DNA of 64,000 nucleotides from Vitrella brassicaformis CCMP3155. Taxonomy: Eukaryota > Protista > Chromerida. The translations under genes were made by a program, and so were the position numbers. The number at the start of each line of letters is the position of its first letter. Position 1 is the first letter of the stretch. A model generated the notes under the pieces. That model was given only the letters and a program-made list of their open reading frames with translations, was not told where the DNA came from and made no database searches. The DNA lies in assembly GCA_001179505.1 (NCBI GenBank), contig CDMY01000439.1:1-64000 (forward strand), written 5' to 3'. This document shows positions 10,485 to 21,500 of this stretch, in pieces.

Positions 10485-11374
10485 ATGCGCTTATTGCACG
10501 TTATCGTCGCCATTGGGTTCCTCGTTCTGGGAGCTGCCGACGCCTCGTTCATCCCGCGTCATCTTGCCATCGAGTTTCTAGTCAGACGCTCGCCCAGACA
10601 CGTCACTGCACGGCGGACGTGGCACGTAAGAGCAACCAGACAGAACAGAAACGTGGCACGTAACGTGGCGGCAGCTGCCTGACTGTCCTGTGGTATCGTT
10701 ACTTGCGGCAGGATGACCAAGAGCCACCGTGGTATTTGGTGGATTCGGAGGCGCGGTATTTCCTCGCTGCGCTGGAGATGGCGGGCTTTACGACTGAAGC
10801 CGTGGCTGATGCACACCCGCCGATGATTGTCTACTCGGGTGGCGCATCCTTCAGCTGGTCTCGGCTGAAGGAAAGGCACCCGGGCCACCTGATCCGGACA
10901 AGCCCCGGTGACGAGGACGAGATGACGAGTCTTGTGGCACACAAAGGCTTCGATATGAGGCACATCAGCTGGGATTGGTACACTGGCCGGCTGCAGAAGG
11001 AGATTGAGGAGATGATGCTGATCAAGAACAGGATGAGGGGATGGACGTACAATGCGGAGAGGGAGGGAGGGCAGTGGGAATACGGGACTATGGACATCCA
11101 CGCGGCGTGTTTTATCACTGGAGGACCGGAGGCCTTCAAGATGTGGATCGGCAACAAGACTGAGGACGAGGCAATGAACGAGGCGCTCCAGTACCTCAGC
11201 GACATGGACGTCAGCGTTTTCTACTACAGCAGCCCGTTGTCGCCGCCCAATCCAAGGATGAACCTGGCAGAGGCTGTGGGAGATGTCGAGAAAGAGGTGG
11301 ACGAGTACAAGCGGGAGAGAAGAGAGTTTGAGCAGTGGGTTGCTGAAAAAGGGAAAGAGGCGCAGTCAGTGTGA
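10485..11374 (+). CDS. Family copy B, intact
   Basis: Exon1 10485-10625 (MRLLHVIVAIGFLVLGAADASFIPRH..), exon2 10712-11374; clearly paralogous to copy A. Confidence 0.85.
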
Positions 11375-12456
11375 TTGGCGAGAGGGATGGAGAATGAGAT
11401 GGCCCTTTTAGATACAACACCCACAAACGCACAACACAGACACTCACACTCACACGGACAGAGAGAGAGATTCCTGTGGAACGAGCGTATGTCTGTGTGG
11501 ATGCGGTGTGCTTGCGGACGGGATGTGAGACTGAGTGTGTGGGTTGGTGATTTTTTCGTGAGGAAACAGCGGCCCTTTATGAATGGATATGCGTCTGTTG
11601 GCTCTCAGAGCGACCTGTCTGCCTTCTTGCATGATCTGGACACACGTTGACGTCTGGACGTGTCACAATGACATATTGGGTGGAGGCGAAAACGGGCGCT
11701 AATTCTTGGCCTCCCCTGCAGTGTGTGTCCGCCCGGCGGTGTCTGTCTGATCATGTGACTCCAAGCGCACAGACACGCACATGCACACACATGCACACAT
11801 AACCTGTCAGTTTCGGATACGTGGGATAAGTGGGCTTTGCACGTGACATTATTGATTATGAGGCTCCGATGACAATGAGCCTCATTTGATGCACCGTGGT
11901 GCGCTGATCACTGTGAACCCATTTCAATTGTCAAACGGTTCGCAATGCCATGCGACGAAGCAACACGCCAATCTTTCGACTCAATCTCGTCTTCGCTTGA
12001 TGGTCTTGTATGGCAACGGCACAGTGCGTGGCCAGTGCGCATTATGCCAACGATATATACATGACAAATTCATTGATGCATCTCTGTGTCCAACATAGCC
12101 GACAGACCCTCATTTGACAGCTATAACCTCAGATACAGAACCTCAAGCACTCACGCGTTTCCCAGCCAAGTACAGACGGACTGGCCTGACCCTCTCTTGC
12201 TCAAACTGAAACGGGGGGGTGGCCTTTCAGCTCCTGGCATGAACGATGGACTTCCTTTTATATATCCATATATATACCCCCGCTTTGCTGCTTCCCAGTC
12301 TCACATCCCTTCCCCAAGCACACCGCATCCACACAGACAGACGCTAGTTCCACATGAATCTCTCTCTGTCCGTGTGTGAGTGTGTGATTGTGTGTGTTGT
12401 GCGTCTCTGGGTGTTGTATCTGAAAGGGCCATCTCATTCGCCATCCCTCTCGCCAA

Positions 12457-13324
12457 TCACACTGACTGCGCCTCCTTCCCTTTTTTCAGCGAGCCTCTGC
12501 TCATACTCTCTTCTCTCCCGCTTGTACTCGTCCACCTCTCTCTCGAGATCTCCCACAGCCTCTAAGAGATTCATCATTGGATCGGGCGGCGACAACGGGC
12601 TGCTGTAGTAGAAAAGCTGACGTCCATGTCGCTGAGGTACTGGAGCGCCTCGTTCATTGCCTCGTCCCCAGTCTTGTTGCCGATCCACCTCTTGAAGGCC
12701 TCCGGTCCTCCCGTGATAAAGCACGCCGCGTGGATGTCCATAGTCCCGTATTCCCACTGGCCTCCGCCCATCTCCGCATTGTACGTCCATCCCCTCATCC
12801 TGTTCTTGATCAGCATTGTCTTGTCAACCTCCTTCTGCAGCCGGCCAGTGTACCAATCCCAGCTGATGGCCCTCGTGTCGAAGCCCTTGTGTGCCACAAG
12901 ACTCGTCATCTCGTCCTCGTCACCGGGGTCTGTCTGGATCAGGTGGCTCGAGTGCCTTTCCCTCAGTCGCAACCAGCTGGCCCGTTCGCCGGTCGCGTAG
13001 ACAATCATTGGCGGGTGCGCATCAGCCACGGCTTCAGTCGTACAGCCCGCCATCTCCAGCGCAGCGAGGAAATACCGCGCCTCCGAATCCACCAAATACC
13101 ACGGTGGCTCTTGGTCATCCTGCCGCAAGTAACGATACCACAGGACAGTCAGCTGGCGCCACGTTTCTGTTCTGTCTGGTTGCTCTTACGTGCAGCGTCT
13201 GCCGCGCAGTGACGTGTCTGGGCGAGCGTCTGGCGAGGAGTCTTGTGGCGGGATGCCGCGAGATGAACGCAGCGCCGGCAGCTCCCGAAAAAAAGAACCC
13301 AATGGCGACGATGACGTGCAATAT
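12457..13324 (-). pseudogene. Family copy B': start codon lost and a 1-nt deletion
   Basis: ATG destroyed by a 6-nt deletion (acg ata ttg vs acg atg cgc tta ttg); frameshift near 12612-12615 (agcttttctac vs agcgttttctac). Confidence 0.8.
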
Positions 13325-14140
13325 CGTTGTCAGACAATTCTCACGCGCGACGATGCACCAATCATGAACCATCCCTGTCCGCCGAGAAACAGGCCCCTCA
13401 GGGGTGTCCGTAAAACAGTAAAGGCGAACGTTTAGGAAAGGCGTGAAACCGGATGGGATTGCCATCGATTTTCTCAACCCACCCTCCCGGTGTAGGGAGG
13501 GGTAGACAGGCCGTGTGCATGCTTTGCATGTACATGCTGCTAGTTTAGTGCGTGAGACAGACAGGATCCCTCCGGGGTTACAGACACGAGTCTCGCTCGT
13601 TAAACACAATAACCAACCAACCATCAACGTTCGGGTTGTACCCTAAAGTTTGCGGGTGATAGCTACGTTACAGAAGCACGTCCAGACGTCAGCAGTGTGT
13701 CCAGATCATGCAAGAAGGCAAACAGGTTGCTCTGAGAGGCAACAGACACATATCCACTCACAAAGGGCCTCTGTCAATTCACGAACAACGGGGTACCCAC
13801 ACACTCAGTCTCACATCCCGTCCGCAAGCACACCGCATCCACACAGACAAACGCTCGTCCACAGGAATCTCTCTCTGTCCGGCTGTCTCTCCAGAGGGGA
13901 GATTATCCCAACCAACCCCCGACATCAGACGCACGCAATCGATCACGCTACACACACAGACAAGCAGACAGACAGACAGACAGACACCCGAAAGCACACC
14001 GCAGCTACAGACACACGCTCGTTCCTCAGAGCTCTCTCTCTCTCTCTCTGTGCGTGCGTGTGTGCGTGTGTGTGTGTGTGTGTTGTGCGTTTATGTGTGT
14101 TGTACCTATAACCGCTATCTCACTCTCCATCCCTCCCCAA

Positions 14141-15106
14141 TCACACCGACTGTACGGCCGTCACTTTCTGTGCTCTCTCGTCCAAATCCTCGCGCTCTCT
14201 CTTTCTTCTCTGGGCTCGATCGGCGCGCCACTGCTGAAAGTCATGGGTCGTTGACCTCTCAGCAACCCACTGCTCATACTCGTCCTTCTGCCGGCCGATC
14301 TCGGCCAGCCTTTTCTTGACACTTCCCATAGTCTCCATCTGGGTGCTCGTGTCCAGCGAGAAGGGGCTGCTATAGCGCAAGAATGGGCCGCTATAGTAGA
14401 AAAGGCTGACGTCCCTGTCGCTGAGGTACTGGAGCGCCTGATTCATTGCCTCGTCCCCAGTCTTGTTGCCGATCCACCTCTTGAAGGCCTCCTCTCCTCC
14501 CGTGATAAAGCACGCCGCGTGGATGTCCATAGTCCCGTATTCCCACTGCCCTCCGCCCATCTCCGTGTTGTAGGCCCATCCCTTAAACTTTTTCTTCAAC
14601 AACATCATCTCGTCAATCTGCTCCTGCAGCCGGCCAGAGTTCCAATCGTCCTTGATGGTCCTCATGTCGAAGCCCTTGTGCGCCACAAGACTCGTCATCA
14701 CGTCCTCGTCACCGGGGCTTGTCTGGATCAGGTGGCTCGAGTGCCTTTCCTTCAGCTCAGACCAATCATCCGGCCAGCCAATCGCGTAGAGAATCACCGG
14801 CGGGTGTGCAGGATGTATCCATTGAGGTTCGTAGCCGGACCATTCCACTTCACCGATGAAAAACCGCGCGCCTCCCGATCCGCCAAATACCACGGCCTCT
14901 CTTCTTGGTCATCCTGCCGCAAGTAACGACACCACAGGACAGTCAGCTGGCACGTTTCTGTTCTGTCTGGTTGCTCTTACGTGCAGCGTCTGCCGCGCAG
15001 TGACGTGTCTGGGCGAGCGTCTGGCGAGTAGTCCTGTGGCGGGATGCCGCGAGATGAACGCAGCGCCGGCAGCTCCCAGAATGAACAAGTCGATGATGAG
15101 GCGCAT
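14141..15106 (-). pseudogene. Family copy A': +2 frameshift at the start of exon 2
   Basis: Exon1 15106-14981, exon2 from 14913; gcgcgcggtttttcatc vs gcgcgggttttcatc in copy A near 14859-14870. Confidence 0.8.
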
Positions 15107-15169
15107 CGTTCCCAGACAGTTTCCACGCGCCGAGCACGCCTTTGCTGGTCGAGATTCATTCAGCGATGT

Positions 15170-15970
15170 CCTGCACACACAGTCACACCAGACAATGGAA
15201 CCACTCCGTGAATGATGATATGCTGTGTCAGTGTGTCAACGGATTGACTGCCTCTCTGTGTGTGTGGCCGTTACGTTGCTTGAATGCGGGCCAGTCACTG
15301 GAGAGCGGTGCGCCCGATGGGATGCCGCAGTGAAGGAAGAGGTTTTGTCCAGTCCACTCGACAGATACGACCGGCAGACACACGTGTGCTGCAGAAACAG
15401 ACAGATCTCACTCTTCCTTTACGTAGCGTTGAGGCGGTTGGATCTCTCACAGATCAGGCAGGCAGGCAGGCGAGCATCCCAGGGGTTCGCTGGTTGGCGT
15501 TGTCTTCTTTCTTTCTTTCTGTCTACTGAAGTACGTCATAGCCTCAAGGCCTTCTCACTCTTCCTCCTTTCCTTTTGGTTTGCGAGCTCCTTCGACACAC
15601 GGCAGCAGGGGCAAAGATGGAAGAAGAACTGGGGCTCAGGAGCGGAGACGCACGGCTTTGGTTTCTCCAGTAGGATACAACGAGGGTTTCGAGAGCCGTG
15701 GTGTCGCGGAAGCTCGCAGAAATCGACCAGCCCATCTCGACGCAGATGTGACCACACGTCACTCATGGCCTCCATCGAGGCTTGGGATGAGCTCAGAGGG
15801 CCATCAAAATCGCCGGAAAGGGCTCATTTGCCAATTGGATCGAGTGAGGATCGAAGTGCGGGTTTTCTCAAACCTGGCATGAGTCGCTCCGCACTGAGGC
15901 CACACGCACATAAAGGCAAAGAACGAAGCGAAACAAACGCCCAGAAGCTTCATGTCGGAAAATGCGAGCT
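15170..15970. repeat. Dispersed ~0.8-kb repeat, reference copy
   Basis: Homologous to 38700-38850 (direct) and to 38940-39252, 40004-40500 and 44490-45010 (inverted). Confidence 0.9.
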
Positions 15971-16144
15971 TGAGTATGATCACAGGCTGAGAGGCGTTCC
16001 AAGACGGCTTACAGAGCTTGAGAAGGATTGTGCAGTTGCTGAGGAGAGTCCTCGTTGCGTCGTCGTGCGCTATCGGTGAACGGTCATCGGAGGCGTTAAC
16101 GCCATCGACCATGGACGTCACGGCGCCTTATCCCGCAGGCCATC

Positions 16145-18229
16145 ATGCTGGTCCCCTTCTCCGGCCGATGCGTCCCTCGGCTCCTCCCCTGCTCGTCCCA
16201 TCTCTGCCTCGTGGCAGTCTTCACCCTCGGCGCTATCGCTCAAGCGGCGCCCCCGAGCAGCTTCCTGTCGTATGTGAAGGACAACAACCTCACGATGACC
16301 GACTTTGCACCGCCCCCGTACGCCTCGCACCTTTCAGGTGCACCAGACCAGCGCAGACGCAACCACCTGGACGACTTTCTTTCTCCCTTGCCGCAAGCAC
16401 CCGCCATACTGACTCCTGATAATGACACGCCGAGCTATTATGTACGGCGCCATTCCTGGGGTTTGTTGACCTCTCCCTTGATCAGCCCGAGTCGAGATGA
16501 ATGCGCTGGAAGTCGTGGTGATCTCATTTCGGTTGCTGCCTTTGGTGGTGACCCCACTGGCGTTGCGGACTCGACAGCCGCGTTTGCCATGGCCATGGGC
16601 GCGGCACTGAAGCGCTGGGACGGCAGCTACTTGGCCGAGTGAGTGAGCCATTGAGCGACTGCATCCAAAATTACTTCATCTCTCGGTGATGGAATTGGCG
16701 CCTGTCTGCGTGTGCAGGGGCATCAAGAACTTGGGCGGTGCGGTGATCTCCCTCGGCGGCGGCCGGTATTCGGTGTCTGCGCCCGTGGTGATCCCCCGGG
16801 GCTATGGTAACCTCCACATGCGTGACGGCACCATCAAGGCCAGCGACACCTTCCCACACGACTGCTATGTGGTGGCTGCTGGGAGCGACGGGTGCACGGG
16901 GGATGACGAGGACCTCGTCAACTTCAACGAGCACCTGTCCTTCTCTAACCTCATGCTGGACGGCAGCAACGTTGCCTATGGGGTGCTGTGGCTCCACCAC
17001 ACCATCGGGGCGGTGGTTGGGACGAACCTGTTCTTAGGGTTTCAGCAGAGGGGCGTCTATATCCGGCTCGGACACGAGGTGACAACAGCCGAGCACCCAT
17101 CGATCCCTCACAAACAGACATCGTTTGTGTGCTGTTGTGGCGGTCAGGTGGTGGTCGAGTCGACGTGGATGGGTCAGTATCTGTTCTCGGACGAGCGCAA
17201 GCAGACGAGCCAGACGGCGACGGCCATCTACATTTCGGCCAACGACCATGTGGTGTCCAACGTAGTCATATTTTCGGCCCTCGTCGGAGTAGTCGACAAG
17301 TGCGTTCTTCGGATCATCCGTCACTCCGGATCACTATCATGTGTCTGATGTCATTTGTTTAGGGGTGCGGGCAACACCTTTGTGGGTCTGCACAGCTGGA
17401 ATGGGTCGGGGACATCTTTCATCTCAACGGGATACAACACGCGCATTCTCGGATGGTACATATGCACACAGGGAGCGACCCAAACGGTGTGGCATGCATG
17501 GTGTGTGTGGTGTATGTGGCTATGGCTGGCAGCTACCCTGACTTCAACGACGTCATATTGGAGAACCCCTACCACGTCACCGTAAGCAAGAATGGATGGA
17601 CGGCAGTGCATTCACGGTGCTCACTCCTGCCACATGTGGGTGCGTGACCACTTAGGTGACAAACAGTTTCTTCCTCGGCGGTGCGCAGATTGTGCTGAGG
17701 GCCAACAGAGACGAGAAAACCGCCCGGCGGCCGCCTGTCATTCGGGTGGGTCCTGCTGCCTCTGCCGCACCTCCAACACACAGCGAATCTAGCTTCATGT
17801 GTGTGTGAGAGTGTGTTTGTCGATGGATTGGTGCATATTCAGGGGTTGATCATCCGCACCAACACCTTCGACTTCAGCGACGAGAGCATCATTCAGCTGC
17901 ATGGCGAGTTCGACAGTGTGTCGGACACCTTCATCGGCGGCAACATCGTCAGCAACAACATGACGGCCGTCAGCACATCGTCCACCAGACAGCTGCACCT
18001 CACAAACGCCACCGAATGGGAATTCGACCTGTCCGATGAGCTGCTGTTCGCGACCATCCAGAGGGTGCAGTATTCTCTGGAGCTTGACGACGGCCAGCCG
18101 CTGGTGCGGCATGCGTCGCGGCCGGCCCGGGGCAATCGGGTGGTGGTCGAGACGGATGTGCCAGTGAGCGGCACTGTGACCATCGCCGTCGACCAGAGCA
18201 GGCTGACAAAGGGCGGCCTCTCGGCCTGA
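16145..18229 (+). CDS. Secreted QUARTET3-like polygalacturonase / pectate-lyase-fold beta-helix protein, ~7 exons
   Basis: Hydrophobic N-terminus; motifs FGGDPTGVADST, GIKNLGGAVISLGGGRY, GTIKASDTFP, GHE, NDHVVSNVVIFSA, FFLGGAQIVL, LLFATIQRVQYSL, RVVVETDVPVSGTVTIAVDQ occur in the same order as in plant QRT3 (recalled, not searched). Confidence 0.85.
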
Positions 18230-18536
18230 GGGACGACTGTGGGAAACGCATCAGTGTGTCTGTGTCTGTGGGCTTACACTCGACTCAGCTTAGCTCGTGT
18301 GTCTTTGTGGACAGTGTGTGTGTGTGTGTGTGTGTGTGCTGGTTGGTGTTTCGTCTCGTGAGGTAGAAGATCGAGACGGTGTCAAGTAGGCTGGTGCACA
18401 CAAACATAGATTTGTACGCCAGCCACATGTCTGTATATGTTGAATTCATTTGTCTGTCAATTGCACACATCGTTCGTACGATCCCTATCAAGTATGTTCC
18501 CTCGTCTCACACGCACACACCCGTTGCCGCCTTCAC

Positions 18537-21500
18537 TCATCCCCTGACCTGCACCGCCTCCCCCTCCCCATTCCCTCTGAACGAAAACTTGCCCATCCCT
18601 GTCGCCACGTCGGGCGGCACAGGCGCGCCCTCTGAAAACACTGACGTCTCCCCGCCTGACAGCATGCTCTGCTGCGTCACTTCCTGAGAGATCTCAGGGG
18701 CCGCCGGGGTGATCGCCGTTTTCTGGGCGTGTGCCGTTGTCCTCTTGGTGAGGGTGTCCGGGGGAAGGGGCGCGTTGGGGCCTAGCTTCTTGGCGATTGC
18801 CTTGGGATCGGACACCACCTCGATGGTCTTCTTCAGCAGAGGGCGGCCTTGAGCGCTGCGTGCAGACCAGACGGAGACACGAGGCCATAGAGAGATTGCA
18901 AGTGGCGTGTTGTTTCGTCCTGTCCGCTCACTCTATCATCTGCTCATGCAGTCGGTCGAACTGTTCGGGCTCGAGCACCTCGGCGATCACCGGCAGCTGG
19001 AGGATGTGGGCCTTGTGTCGCACCGACACGATCTGCTCCACACGCGCAGCCACAGTGGCACAGAGCTCGACGGTCACCGGCAGGGCCAGCCCGGGAGGCA
19101 CCTGCCCATGACACACACTCATTATGGCTGGTTTGTGGCCATGTGTGTGTGCGCTTCACCGCCTGTGGTGTGTAGTGTATGTTGATGAGGTTTGACTGCG
19201 GCCCCTTGACGTTGAAGCGGCACACGTCCACATCGAAATTGCGCAGCTTGAAGTGCAGCCGGTAGATGTGCCCCTGACGCAGAGGACCGAATCTGAGGGA
19301 CGGCGGCTCCACCTGCACCAAGGTGTTGGGGTCGCCCAGGCCCTGCAGACAGACAAGACAGACAAGACAGACACACAGATCGATGCGTGTCTGTATGTCC
19401 CCTGCTCAGCCCGCCCCCCACCTGCATGGATGCGGTGCGCATGAGGTCCATGTTGCTGTCGACGTGGCCCTTGAGGGCGTTGTAGGCGACCATCGACAGG
19501 TGGGGGGTGTCCTTCGGCACCGACCCACGTTGCATCGCCGCACACAGGCCAGCACCCGTCATCCTCAGCGTAGAGACAGAGGGCGCCTTCACACACACAC
19601 ACACACACGCACACACACAGAGGGAGAGAGAGAGGCGTAGTAATTCCAAGGCTGCCTCACCTGCGCGGCGTTCTTCCTGCTGGCGACGGCGGCCACCCTC
19701 ACCCGCCGATCCACCGGCCCCTCCACATACATAGCGGGGTTGAGCGTCATGAAAGGCCTCTCTCTCGGCCGCCCCACCTCCCTCGGTCGACCGTACACAT
19801 CAAACGACGCGCTCTTCTTGTTCGGGTGAGGCGGAAAGGGGTTCTTCTTGGGGGCGGCCACGCCAGGGATGGGCAGAGTGCCGGTCCGGAACGGAGACAC
19901 AGGCGCTTGTGGGGGCAGCACGAAGCCTCGAGACACCTGCAGAGGTGGGGGAGCTCGCGGCTGGGAGGGAGGGGGCGTGTCGAAGTAGGAGGTGGGTGGG
20001 GGCGGGGACGATTTGGTGACAGGACGGGTGCCCTCAGCAGTGAACGGCTGGCTCGGCGGCTGCTGGACAGTGGACCGAGACGGCGGCAGCGGCGCCCAGA
20101 TGTCGTCATCGCCGCCATGCCCCGTCCACCTCTCGGCCTCCTTCCCCATCGACCTCTTCATCTCTCTGTCCTCCCGCACTCGTGCGATCTCCGCCGCTGG
20201 CGTCACCATGGGCATTCCACTCGTCATGAGCCACTTGATGCCCTCCTCAGTCTCGAAATACTTGAGCGACCGGCCCGCCTTCAACACGGGCACCCGTCTT
20301 GGCAATGCCGCAGCGGTCTCGTCGACCCCCAGGTCCCACTGAGGCGGCACTTGGCCTGGTGCGGGTGAGCTGAGCTGGGAGAGGGCGATGGATGGCTCCC
20401 GGGGCAGCCCCAGCTGCTGGGAGGATGGCATGAGGTAGCCGTCCAGGTTAGCATCGCCGTCACCAACTTCTCGGAAGGTCTCTGCGAGCGGGGCTGCATG
20501 GGCAGTGATAGTTTGCGCGGCGTCCTGTGGCTCATGTGGGCTTAGGAGGCTCCGCAGGCAGGCGATGGCTTCGTCATTCCAGTCAGATGCACGCCGGTCC
20601 AGTGATGCCCCCGAGCGCACCGTCAGGCTCTCCAGCTCTAGCCCCAGCGGCATCGGCACTTCCGCATCAGCCAGCAGGGCCATGGCGGCCTCGCTCTCGC
20701 CCTTGGCCTTCTTGCCGCCCTTCTTGCCCTTGGCGCTGCCGCCGTTCTTGTCTCCTTTGTTGTCGGGGCTTGCCGAGTCGAAGTGGTGCGGCGCGTTGCC
20801 GTAGTGCTGCTCCCACGCTGCGTAGGTTTGCAGGGCCTTGGTGAAGGCCGCCCACTGGTCCTCCGACAGCTCCTGATACTCCAACAGATGCCTGCACACT
20901 CACACAGAAACACACACAGATGAGGCACGTGACAATGGTGGGCAGCAGTGGCCGCCCACCGCATGACGAGGGCGTCCTTCCCGTTCGCATTGTTGTGGTC
21001 GTCGGTTTGCTCATCCACGCCGGCCACCACCGGCGGCAGCTTGAGGGGCTGCATGGGCTGACGAGGACCCTTGGCACACGCGTAGTGGTAGATCGTGTGC
21101 AGCCTGCACCCTGCACAAACGAGTGGGACACAGAGACACGAGAAATGCATTTCCCACTTCTATCCCATCTTGGTGTTCCACCCACCCTCAAAAGGAGCGT
21201 CCAGGTCTCTCGCCGGCGGCACAATCATCTCGGGGTTATCGGCCGCTTTCTGCAGCACGTTCCCGGCCTCTTTCTCATGCAGCAGCTCATCCGCCTCGCC
21301 AGTCTGCCCATACACGACGAACAGCCGCGGCCTTGGTGCTTCGGGTGGCAGTGGGAGGAAGGTTCTGTCTGGATGGCAGTAGGGGGTGTTTGGCACACGG
21401 CATCGCGGCGATGACGGCTCGCCACTGATGGCCACCGCGAGCTCGACATTGGAAGAGCCATCGCCGATGAGAGTGAACTTGTTACGCTCCGCGTCCTCGA

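Noticed and set aside
9175-11374. HAD-hydrolase reading of the four-copy family (WIGNKTEDE as motif IV)
   Set aside because: No DxD motif I and no convincing motif II/III; the NYN-like pattern explains more positions, though it is also unproven
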